Notes under the pieces: model-generated
The model's database searches: none
What the model was told of the DNA's origin: nothing
What the model saw: only the letters and a program-made list of their open reading frames with translations
Position numbers and translations under genes: made by a program
Source of the DNA: Saprospiraceae bacterium
Lineage (GTDB): Bacteria; Bacteroidota; Bacteroidia; Chitinophagales; Saprospiraceae
Direction of reading: 5' to 3'
Length of the DNA stretch: 62,629 nucleotides
Assembly: GCA_018224445.1 (NCBI GenBank)
Contig: JAGTVA010000046.1
Span: 1 to 62,629, forward strand
Shown: in pieces, positions 54,347-62,629 of the stretch
Layout of the letters: each line of letters opens with the position of its first letter
Position numbering within the stretch: the stretch's first letter is position 1

Positions 54347-57300
54347 CTATCTCAATAATATTAAATCGCCTGAATAACTCTTTACCAAACCGTCAACAAA
54401 TCGAATTTGCAAACTGTATACAAAGGTTCCAGGATTGTTTTCCTGGCTTTTAAAGGTGCCGTCCCAACCATAACTGATATCGTTGGGAGGAAAGTTTCTC
54501 TGTTCAAAAACTTTAGCCCCCCAGCGGTTAAAAATCATCATCTCCTCAACCTCTTCGACATACTTGTCTCCGTAAATCGTAAACCGGTCATTGATACCGT
54601 CCTCATCGGGAGAAAATGCATTTGGGATATACACATTTCTTTCGATTATTACAAAAATATGTAACCGATCGGAGGCAGTACAACCGTTTTTATCAACAAT
54701 TGAAATTTCAATGACTGCTTCGGATCCTTCAGTAAAGTGAATTCCCAATTTATCACAGGGATCGCAAACGGGAACTCCATCAATGGTCCAGTATATAGAT
54801 TGAATGCTGTCCGGATCCAAATTGGAAAATGCTTGAATGAAAGTTTCTTCTCCCTGAGCCAGGGATAAGTTGGGCCCCAAATCAATGGATAAGGGATCAG
54901 GATTGGTTAGGATAAGGGTAGTGTCAAATTTACATCCATTGTCATCCAAGGCGGAAAGGGTGTATGTCCCGGAGGATAAATTGGAAAAAGCATGCTGGTC
55001 TGTAGGTTGTCCATTAAAACTAAAAACAACGGGTGGGCTTCCCCCTTCTACATGAAGAATTTCAATAAAACCATTCGATTCATCGTGGCAAAGCGGATCT
55101 ACCGCATTAATCAATATATTTTCTATACTTGTAGGATCGGCTCTTACCTCAACTATGTCATTACTCACACACCCGTTTAAAAGGTCTGTGACTACCAAAG
55201 TATAATTGCCCGGTTGGGAAGTCTGAAGTTCAGTACCAAATCCTATTGAATTTCCGTCCGCGTCAAACCACTCAATCTGATAATTTTCTATTTCGCCCTC
55301 AACTGAACCGGTCAAGGTCACTTCACCCGGGCTGCAATTTAGTTCCTTGTCATCCCCGGCCGAAATATCAGGAAAATCACCATCCATGGTAACTGCTACA
55401 AGGTCTGTGAATTCACAGAGGTTCTCAAAAACAACAGTTAACTCATAGAGGCCAGCCCGATCAACCAGAGGCTCTTCTTCTTCGGAGGTAAATCCGTTGG
55501 GGCCTTTCCAGTTGAACTCACCGGGTTCACTGGCTGAACCGTTGAGTACCACTGTGGGGTTCTCACAAGTAAGAATTTTATCGTTTCCAGCGTTGACCAT
55601 TTGGTCACAGGAGGAACAAGATTCCCTACTGACAGTAAATGTGGTTTGGCAGTTGGAATTTTGAGAATCTACAACTTCAAGAGTAATATTGGAGCCGTTA
55701 GCAGGTAAACTGTCGATAAATACAGTTTGGCCGTAATCGAATGGTCCCCAGCTCATTCCACTCCAGTGGACTCTAAAATCCGAAGTATTCCCATCAAGGT
55801 CGTTGACGACAAAAGAAACTCCGAAGAAATCATCGTCCCGATTGGAACCGGTATTGTTGTCATCACATTCTCCAATGTCAATATCGTCGATTTCAATTTC
55901 ACATGGAGTTGAGCAGGGTGGGGGTGGGGTGATTATTAACTCAGTAGTACAATTGGGATCCCTGCTATCGACTATGGTGATGGTAACGACTCCATCGAGG
56001 ATGAGCCAGTCACCGAGTTCTACCTGTTCCCCATAGGGATAGGTTGTTCCGGGGTCGCCCTCCACATACCAGCTGTCTGAGCTGTTATTAAGTTCAGTTG
56101 CGATAACAAAAGCGATAAAGGTGTCGTCCAGTAAATCCTCATCGGTTCCCTGATTGTCACAGCTGACTGAATTAAGTGCCAGTTCGATCAGACATTGATT
56201 CGAACAGGGATATAGAGAATCGGATTGGAAAGAGGCGATACAGTCGTTATTATTGAGGTCAAAAATTTCAATGGATGCCTGGGCTCCATCAGCAGACAGC
56301 GTAAATGTTACACCGTTTTTATATTCAAAAGTATCGATTACCTGATCGTCGATTGTGAGAATAAAAGCACTGTCTTGTCCCGGATTCAATACCTCGGGAA
56401 TTATGCTAAATTCGTAAAAGTCGTCCTTGGGATCGGTGGGAGTTCCACTGTCGTTGCACAGGGAATTAACCTCCCCAATGGAAATTAGACAATCAAAAGA
56501 ACAGGGTTGTTGACTGACTTCAAAGGAGAGTTGACATTGACTATTGGAGACATCAATTACATGGAGTACAAGTGTATCGCCACTGGCGGGGAGGCTGTCA
56601 ATATTGGCTTGTTGTCCGTATTCAAAAGGGCCCCAGATTATGCCGTCCCAATTGACATGGTATTGAGAGGCCATTCCCTCGAGACTGTCGATGGTCAAAG
56701 TGACGCCAAAGAAGTCATCGTCGGGATCTGTGCTGGTATCGCTGTCGTTGCATTGTCCAATGATTATTTCAACGAGTTCGATGAGGCAGGGTTCGGAGCA
56801 GGGAGGTGGTGGGTCGATGGATATTTCAGTCGTACAGTTGGGATCTTCGCTGTCGACGATGGTGAGGGTGACAGGCCCGTCGACAATGAGCCATTCACCG
56901 AGTTCTACCTGCTCCCCGTAGGAATAAGTTGTTGAGGGTTCTCCCTGCACATTCCAGCTGTCTGAGCTGTTGTTCAATTCATTTGCCGTCACAAAAGCAG
57001 TAAAAGTATCGTCGATAAGGTCCTCCTCTGTTCCCTGATGGTCACAGCTAAGGGAGTTGAGAACCAGATCGATCAAACATTGATCTGAACAGGGATCGAG
57101 TGGCTCGGTCTGGAAAGAATCACTGCAGTCAGGGTTATTGAAGTCCACAATTTCTACCATTGCCTGGGATCCATCGGCGGCTATCGTAAAGTATCCTTCA
57201 TTTCCGTAGTCAATAGTATCCATAACCTGACCGTCGATTGCAAGGATAAAAACGCTGTCCTGCCCGGGATTCAAAACCTCTGGAATTAAGGTGAACTCGT

Positions 57301-60300
57301 AAAAGTCGTCTTCGGGATCAGCAGGGGTACCATTGTCATTGCATTGGAAGGTCACCTGGCCGGTCGTCAATTGACAATTAAAGGAACAAGGGTACTGATA
57401 AACCGGAATCGTAAAAAAACAATTTTCATTGCTGATATCCTGAATGAGCAACTCAAGGGTATCTCCGGTAATGAGTAAACTGTCTATGTGAGTTAATTCC
57501 CCATACTCAAACGGCCCTTGAGTTTCAGATTCCCAGCTCACCGTGTATTTCGTATTGTTTCCGGACAGAGAATCAATTACAAAAGAAACGCTGAATAGGT
57601 CGTCGCTGGGATCAATCCCAGTTCCAAAATCATCGCATGGCCCTATTTCAATTTGAGATGCTTCAATAAAGCAGGGCTCTGAACAGGGAGAAGGCGGTTC
57701 TATTGTAACTTCCACAGTACAATTTGAATATTCACTATCGACAACGGTAATGGTAACCGACCCATTGGAAATTAACCACCCTCCAATTTCTACTTCTTCA
57801 TTGTAAGTAAAAACTTCTGACGGATCCCCCTGAATATACCAATCCGCCGCTGTATTAAATCCCGAAACCAATACCCATGCTGTAAAAGTATCGTCGTTTA
57901 AATCCTCTTCCGTTCCCTGATTGTTGCAAACCACTGATTGCAATTCTATATTAATAGCACATTCGTCGGAACAGGAAAGCAAACTATCCAAAAGCTCAGA
58001 TGCTGAACAATTAGGAGAATTTAAATCATATACCTCAATGAGGGGTTCAGAATCATCAGCTGCCAATGTAAATTCAATGCCAGTTCCGTAGATTGCTGTA
58101 TCAATGGGAGTTCCATTTACGGATACCACAAAACTTTCGTCCATTCCCGGGTTGAAAATTTCTGTTTCCAAATCGACCACATAATAGTCGTCGGTGGGGT
58201 CAGAGGGAGTTCCATTGTCCCGGCAAATATAATTCAGGTAGGAAATACTGATCAAACAGTCAGAAGAACATGTATTTAAAGAACCTAACTCTTGTTCTGC
58301 TTTACATCCGGTTTGCAAATCCGTAAAGGCAATGAGGTAGACCATTCCATCTGCGGGAATTCCAATGGTATAGGTTATTCCGTAGTCATATGGGCCGTGT
58401 AGGGTTCCCGCTAATTCGACTTCAAATTCCCCTGTATTGCCTTGATTGTTTTCGAGAGAAAAGGATATTTCATAAAAATCGTCGTCGGGATTCTCCGAGG
58501 TGCCTGCATCGTTGCATATTGCCTCAAGAAATGCAATTTCGATATCCAAACCCGCGGGAATTTCAAATTCACTTTGTCCTGTGCAACCTTCTTCATCCCT
58601 GATGTAGACCGTGTAGAGTCCTGAGGAAAGGTTGGTAAAAACATTCTCATTAAACCAATCAACTTGATTTAGGCTGTATTCAAATCCACCGAAAGGTCCA
58701 TTTACTTCAACGGTTGCCTGGCCATCTTCATCGTTAATGCAGGTGGGCGATTGGCTTTCCACCTCAATTTCAAAGGCGGGAAGGACTATGAGTTCAAGGT
58801 CTGCAATACTTACACAGCCATTTGGATTCACCACTCTTACATAGATAGTTTGCAGTTGGGGAGTTGAATTTACAAAGGGTGAAGGAAGTGGGGCCTCTCC
58901 GTCAATTGCATCGGCTTCGCTCTCGTGATAGGTAAAGGTGTTATTGGGATTGCCACTAATTTGAGGGATAGCCTCCTCTAAATGAAATTCACCGAATCCA
59001 TCTCCGCTGTGGTCACAACTCTCCAGGCTGGCGTTGTTGGCAGTAGGTGAAGGTAAAATTTCAATCACAATGGGAGTTCTAGAAAAACTTCTGCAATCGG
59101 GAAAATAAAGGCTCTGTGATTCCACATAAAACCTGTAAGTACCCGTGCCTGAAATTGCAGGCAGGTAGGACAGAGTGTCTTCGGCAAGAAGATTTCCCCC
59201 GGTCGGACTGTCGTACCAATTGGCAATTAAACTGTCGTTCGAAAGAGAAACCATTAGCGTGGGAATATCATCCTCCGGACAAAGGGTGTAGTCGCCATTA
59301 CTTTCTGGAGCAGGGACAGGGGGGCAGTCACAGTTTGGAGCTGCAATTTCAAAATCCTGAGTACATGTAGTTCCTGTAATCGAAGCTGTAATGATAAGAT
59401 TTACACTGGTGTCAATTTTACTGACGGTGTAGTAGTCGTCGCCCTCCGCTATTAAATCACCGGCGTTTGTGGTAATTTCGAGCCCGGGAGAGTGAATACT
59501 CACCTGATAGGATTCATTGTCTGCTGTACACTGTATGTTATTAGTTATAATTTCAATTTCGGGCATCAATTCAATACTGACCACTGAGGTATCTCCTTCA
59601 CAACCCCCGACCGGGCCAAATAAATAATAGAATTGATAAATTCCCTGCGCAATTCCTGTAAAATCGACATCGGAAGGATCGCTTAAATTGACATCGGAAT
59701 TATTGACATCAATCCATTGGCCACCCTGGTCATAATTATTTCCGAGGTAGGAGAATAAATCAATCTGATCGTACTCGCCAAAACAGAGTCGGTCTTCACC
59801 GTTATTTCCGGCGGAGCTTAATTCGTCTACCTGAAAAGTAATTACAGCAGCACTTTCGCAATCGTCATCGTTGACAGCACGTACAAATATACTGGTGTTT
59901 TCTGTAGGGGAGATTATTAGATTATTTAATTGATTGCCGGCATTTGCCGGGTAATCACTGTGAAATGTAATGACGGGGTCGCTGTTGTTGAGATCCGTAA
60001 CCTCAACGGTACCCAGATCGAATGAATCTCCCTCACAGAGGAAGACAAATTCAGGGTTAACGATTATATCAGGAGCGGGAATTACCTCAACCGACCAAAT
60101 GTATTCAATGGCTTCACCACAAATATCAGTAAACGACCAGGTGTAAATTACTTCTTTTCCTGAATATTCTAATACAGGATCAACGGATCCCTCGATATGA
60201 CATATGTTATCGCTGAAGTTGTTGTAATGCAGTGGAAATGGATCCGGTTCAGATTCTCCGCAATCAAGAATTAAAACGGCAGGTGGATCTGTAAATTCAG

Positions 60301-62629
60301 CAGATGGAGCTGGTTCTACAAACACGGTGTGAACGTACTCCAGCAATTCACCGCAAACTACTTCTGACCATGTCAATACAATTTCACCTCCACATTCATC
60401 CCAAAACCCATCTGATTCCGCAGAAACAGACCCATTGATTGCACATTCGCCGGTAAGGTGATTGGTGTACTCGAGGAGTGGCGGATTTTCAAATAAGTCA
60501 AGGGCCTCTGCACAACTCACATTTACCTGTTCGAAGGGATCTAAAAATTCAGGTAAATCTGGAGGTAAAATGGTTATTTGCTGTTGGTGCTCGATAGTCC
60601 TGCCACAATCATCGGTAAAAGTGTACTGCAACACCACTTCGCCTCCGCAGGAGTTATAACCTCCGATTACTTCAGGTAAAATTTCCCCGGAAATTTCACA
60701 AACTCCATCCAGGTAGTTACCGTAGGCCAGCGGAATATCGAAGGCGGGGACTTCGTCACAGTTAACTACCAAATCGGGAGGAGGATTGATAAAAACCGCC
60801 TCAGGTACAGGATTTACGGTTATTGTTTGTTGATGCTGTAGGGTTCTTCCACATTCATCTTCAAATTCCCATATAAAAATGACTTCACCACCGCAATGGT
60901 TGTAATTTTCAAAAACTTCAGCTTCTACGCTTCCCTCAATCAGGCACTCTGAGGTGGATTCCGAATTTCTGTAAGTCAAAACCGGTGGATCTATAATTAC
61001 ATCAGCACAATCTACTGAGGTATCCTCAGGTGGATCTATGAATACAGCTTCAACGGCAGGTTCTTGTGTTATGGTTTGGGAATGAGTTATCGTCCTGTCG
61101 CAATCATCAGAAAAGGTCCAGGTATAGGTAAGCACATTGCCGCACGTTTCTACCCTGCCTGAAATATCGGCTTCAACCTCACCCTCAATCAGGCAATCCC
61201 CGACCAAACCATTGGTATAATAGAGCGAAACAGGTACATCTATAGCCTCGGAACAACTCGATATTATATCCTCAGGCGGATCGATAAAGGAAGCTTCCTG
61301 AACCGGTTCAACGGTAATGGTCCTACTGTGTGAAATCTCTCTTCCACAATCGTCGATAAAAGTCCAGACATCGACCAGGAATCCACCACATTGGTCTATA
61401 CTTCCGGTTCTCTCTGCGTTAACAGTTCCCTCGATGGCGCAATCACCATTTTGGTTGTTCGTATAACCAATGGCCAATACTTCTTCAATAGGTTCTCCAC
61501 ATGTTGTATTAAGGTCTGGTGGAAATTCTGTGAACTCGGCTTCGGGAATGGGTTCTATCGTAATTTGCTGTACGTGAATGATCTCTGTACCGCAGGGTCC
61601 TATAAAGGTCCAGCTATAAACAATTTCACTTCCACAATCATCAACCTCTCCTTCGGTTTCCGGTGCGGCGTAGCCGAAGATTTCACAATCACCCGACAAA
61701 CCGTTACTGTATAATAACTCAGGAGGGTCTTGGGGCAGATTTCCACAAGTGACAACAGTATCTGCCGGTGGATCGACAAATTCTACGGGAGGTGCGGGTT
61801 CTATTGTCACCACTTGTGAGTGAATCAATTCATTTCCACAAAAATCCTCATAACTCCAGGTGTAGATTATTTCCCCTCCGCAAAGGTCAAATTCACCCTC
61901 AACCTCGGGACTGACTGATCCGCTGATTTCACATTCACCCGTCAATCCATTGGTGTATTCAAGGTCTTCAGGGTCATCTGAAAATTCTTCGCAACTTACG
62001 GAAATATTTTCCGGTGGATCTATATACTCAGCCGGTGTGATAGGTTCCACAGTAATGGTTTGGGTGAATTCAATTTCCCGCTCACATTGATCTGTAAATG
62101 TCCAGGTATAGTTGATCTCACTTCCACAAATATCCACCTCTCCCACAATATCAGGGGCCACCGTCCCTTCAATTTCACAATCTCCGTCCAGTCCATTGGT
62201 ATAGAACAATTCTGCCGGATCTCCGGGTAAATCAGAACAATCGGTAATTAAATCTTCCGGTGGATCGACAAATTCAGCCTGTGGAAGAGGATCAATTTCA
62301 ATGGTTTGGGTATGTGTAATCTCATTTCCACATGGATCCGTAAAAGTCCAGGTATATATAATGTCTCCTCCACATATATCTATCTCTCCCTCTGTTGTAG
62401 GTGAAACAACCCCGGATATTTCACAGTCACCGGAAAGTCCATTTGTGTACTCCAAATCGATGGGATCCCCGGGTAAATAATTACAATCCACTGTTATATC
62501 GACAGGTGTATCTATGAATTGCGCTTCTTGTACAGGTTCGACCGTGATAACCTGCACGTGTTGGGTAGTGCGCCCGCAATCGTCGGTAAATTCCCAGGTG
62601 TACGTAATGGTTCCCCCGCAAAGATCGGC
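54347..62629 (-). CDS. Giant repetitive cell-surface protein with a T9SS type B (gliding-motility CHU_C-type) C-terminal sorting domain; 5' end lies outside the window
   Basis: The frame stays open to the window edge, and the repeat pattern continues upstream of the listed Met (..CGGTITYTWEFTDDCGRTTQHVQVITVEP). C-terminus YIPNAFSPDEDGINDRFTIYG...FNRWGAKVF...WDG...PGTFVY (54350-54646). SprB-type repeats at aa ~1272-1327 and ~2489-2542. Confidence 0.85.
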   Translation of the reverse strand, partial: ADLCGGTITYTWEFTDDCGRTTQHVQVITVEPVQEAQFIDTPVDITVDCNYLPGDPIDLEYTNGLSGDCEISGVVSPTTEGEIDICGGDIIYTWTFTDPCGNEITHTQTIEIDPLPQAEFVDPPEDLITDCSDLPGDPAELFYTNGLDGDCEIEGTVAPDIVGEVDICGSEINYTWTFTDQCEREIEFTQTITVEPITPAEYIDPPENISVSCEEFSDDPEDLEYTNGLTGECEISGSVSPEVEGEFDLCGGEIIYTWSYEDFCGNELIHSQVVTIEPAPPVEFVDPPADTVVTCGNLPQDPPELLYSNGLSGDCEIFGYAAPETEGEVDDCGSEIVYSWTFIGPCGTEIIHVQQITIEPIPEAEFTEFPPDLNTTCGEPIEEVLAIGYTNNQNGDCAIEGTVNAERTGSIDQCGGFLVDVWTFIDDCGREISHSRTITVEPVQEASFIDPPEDIISSCSEAIDVPVSLYYTNGLVGDCLIEGEVEADISGRVETCGNVLTYTWTFSDDCDRTITHSQTITQEPAVEAVFIDPPEDTSVDCADVIIDPPVLTYRNSESTSECLIEGSVEAEVFENYNHCGGEVIFIWEFEDECGRTLQHQQTITVNPVPEAVFINPPPDLVVNCDEVPAFDIPLAYGNYLDGVCEISGEILPEVIGGYNSCGGEVVLQYTFTDDCGRTIEHQQQITILPPDLPEFLDPFEQVNVSCAEALDLFENPPLLEYTNHLTGECAINGSVSAESDGFWDECGGEIVLTWSEVVCGELLEYVHTVFVEPAPSAEFTDPPAVLILDCGESEPDPFPLHYNNFSDNICHIEGSVDPVLEYSGKEVIYTWSFTDICGEAIEYIWSVEVIPAPDIIVNPEFVFLCEGDSFDLGTVEVTDLNNSDPVITFHSDYPANAGNQLNNLIISPTENTSIFVRAVNDDDCESAAVITFQVDELSSAGNNGEDRLCFGEYDQIDLFSYLGNNYDQGGQWIDVNNSDVNLSDPSDVDFTGIAQGIYQFYYLFGPVGGCEGDTSVVSIELMPEIEIITNNIQCTADNESYQVSIHSPGLEITTNAGDLIAEGDDYYTVSKIDTSVNLIITASITGTTCTQDFEIAAPNCDCPPVPAPESNGDYTLCPEDDIPTLMVSLSNDSLIANWYDSPTGGNLLAEDTLSYLPAISGTGTYRFYVESQSLYFPDCRSFSRTPIVIEILPSPTANNASLESCDHSGDGFGEFHLEEAIPQISGNPNNTFTYHESEADAIDGEAPLPSPFVNSTPQLQTIYVRVVNPNGCVSIADLELIVLPAFEIEVESQSPTCINDEDGQATVEVNGPFGGFEYSLNQVDWFNENVFTNLSSGLYTVYIRDEEGCTGQSEFEIPAGLDIEIAFLEAICNDAGTSENPDDDFYEISFSLENNQGNTGEFEVELAGTLHGPYDYGITYTIGIPADGMVYLIAFTDLQTGCKAEQELGSLNTCSSDCLISISYLNYICRDNGTPSDPTDDYYVVDLETEIFNPGMDESFVVSVNGTPIDTAIYGTGIEFTLAADDSEPLIEVYDLNSPNCSASELLDSLLSCSDECAINIELQSVVCNNQGTEEDLNDDTFTAWVLVSGFNTAADWYIQGDPSEVFTYNEEVEIGGWLISNGSVTITVVDSEYSNCTVEVTIEPPSPCSEPCFIEASQIEIGPCDDFGTGIDPSDDLFSVSFVIDSLSGNNTKYTVSWESETQGPFEYGELTHIDSLLITGDTLELLIQDISNENCFFTIPVYQYPCSFNCQLTTGQVTFQCNDNGTPADPEDDFYEFTLIPEVLNPGQDSVFILAIDGQVMDTIDYGNEGYFTIAADGSQAMVEIVDFNNPDCSDSFQTEPLDPCSDQCLIDLVLNSLSCDHQGTEEDLIDDTFTAFVTANELNNSSDSWNVQGEPSTTYSYGEQVELGEWLIVDGPVTLTIVDSEDPNCTTEISIDPPPPCSEPCLIELVEIIIGQCNDSDTSTDPDDDFFGVTLTIDSLEGMASQYHVNWDGIIWGPFEYGQQANIDSLPASGDTLVLHVIDVSNSQCQLSFEVSQQPCSFDCLISIGEVNSLCNDSGTPTDPKDDFYEFSIIPEVLNPGQDSAFILTIDDQVIDTFEYKNGVTFTLSADGAQASIEIFDLNNNDCIASFQSDSLYPCSNQCLIELALNSVSCDNQGTDEDLLDDTFIAFVIATELNNSSDSWYVEGDPGTTYPYGEQVELGDWLILDGVVTITIVDSRDPNCTTELIITPPPPCSTPCEIEIDDIDIGECDDNNTGSNRDDDFFGVSFVVNDLDGNTSDFRVHWSGMSWGPFDYGQTVFIDSLPANGSNITLEVVDSQNSNCQTTFTVSRESCSSCDQMVNAGNDKILTCENPTVVLNGSASEPGEFNWKGPNGFTSEEEEPLVDRAGLYELTVVFENLCEFTDLVAVTMDGDFPDISAGDDKELNCSPGEVTLTGSVEGEIENYQIEWFDADGNSIGFGTELQTSQPGNYTLVVTDLLNGCVSNDIVEVRADPTSIENILINAVDPLCHDESNGFIEILHVEGGSPPVVFSFNGQPTDQHAFSNLSSGTYTLSALDDNGCKFDTTLILTNPDPLSIDLGPNLSLAQGEETFIQAFSNLDPDSIQSIYWTIDGVPVCDPCDKLGIHFTEGSEAVIEISIVDKNGCTASDRLHIFVIIERNVYIPNAFSPDEDGINDRFTIYGDKYVEEVEEMMIFNRWGAKVFEQRNFPPNDISYGWDGTFKSQENNPGTFVYSLQIRFVDGLVKSYSGDLILLR
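55619..58546 (-). repeat. Three tandem ~295-aa supermodules (each of three ~96-99-aa sub-domains A-B-C), preceded by one extra C-type sub-domain
   Basis: Supermodules cover aa 1430-1723 (57389-58270), 1724-2018 (56504-57388) and 2019-2313 (55619-56503). Each sub-domain opens CS..C...... C(N/D)(D/N).GT..D..DD.F. Copies are diverged; the last two are visibly more similar to each other, and short words such as ccagctgtctgagctgtt are shared. Confidence 0.9.
60077..62629 (-). repeat. Array of at least 11 tandem ~82-aa (246-bp) Cys-containing repeats within the giant gene
   Basis: Counting residues, the VEP/IEP boundaries fall at aa 8, 90, 172, 254, 336, 418, 500, 583, 665, 749 and 827. Consensus: F(I/V)DPPxD..V.C....DP..L.YTNGL.GDCEI.G.V.P...GE.D.CG.EI.YTWTFTD.CG..I.H.QTIT(V/I)EP. 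Confidence 0.9.

Noticed and set aside
56507-56935. 142-aa and other antisense ORFs inside the giant adhesin gene
   Set aside because: They arise from the repetitive, stop-poor antisense of a Asp/Glu/Thr-rich gene. They recur with the repeat period, as expected for artefacts.
1-62629. Search by eye for tRNA, rRNA, tmRNA, RNase P, riboswitches upstream of queD/NRAMP/YfcC, prophage or defence-system genes
   Set aside because: No cloverleaf-like or conserved RNA signatures and no nuclease/ATPase/methylase/RT-type genes were recognised. This is a weak negative, since no covariance-model or HMM scan could be run.

Overview
This is a 62.6-kb chromosomal window from a Bacteroidota-type genome. Supporting signs are four proteins with T9SS type A C-terminal sorting domains, one giant protein with a type B (gliding-motility) C-terminal domain, TAnnTTTG -7 promoter boxes, a ~290-aa RpoD and a ~890-aa ParC. 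Most of the window is housekeeping: parC, queD, holB, a PSP1/RicT homolog, lpd, a LolE-like permease, murB, rpoD, gap, ctp, coaD, pruA, holA, pabA/trpG and yebC. A small accessory islet at about 2.4-8.9 kb holds an IS200-like Y1 (RAYT-type) transposase flanked by two partial copies of its own internal segment. The islet also holds an arsR-arsM-arsC-acr3 arsenic operon and a complete IS3-family element. GC-rich REP-like hairpin repeats are scattered through several intergenic regions. The last 8.3 kb is the 3' part of a giant repetitive T9SS adhesin-like gene that runs off the window edge. By eye I found no rRNA, tRNA, CRISPR array, prophage or recognisable defence-system genes. The best candidates for something undescribed are three: (i) a translationally coupled PLP-decarboxylase / uncharacterised His...Cys protein / LysE-exporter cassette at 15.0-18.2 kb, (ii) the triplicated RAYT segment with a perfect 20-bp palindrome, and (iii) two unfamiliar repeat architectures inside the giant protein. 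All functional calls rest on motif recognition from memory. No searches or computations were run.
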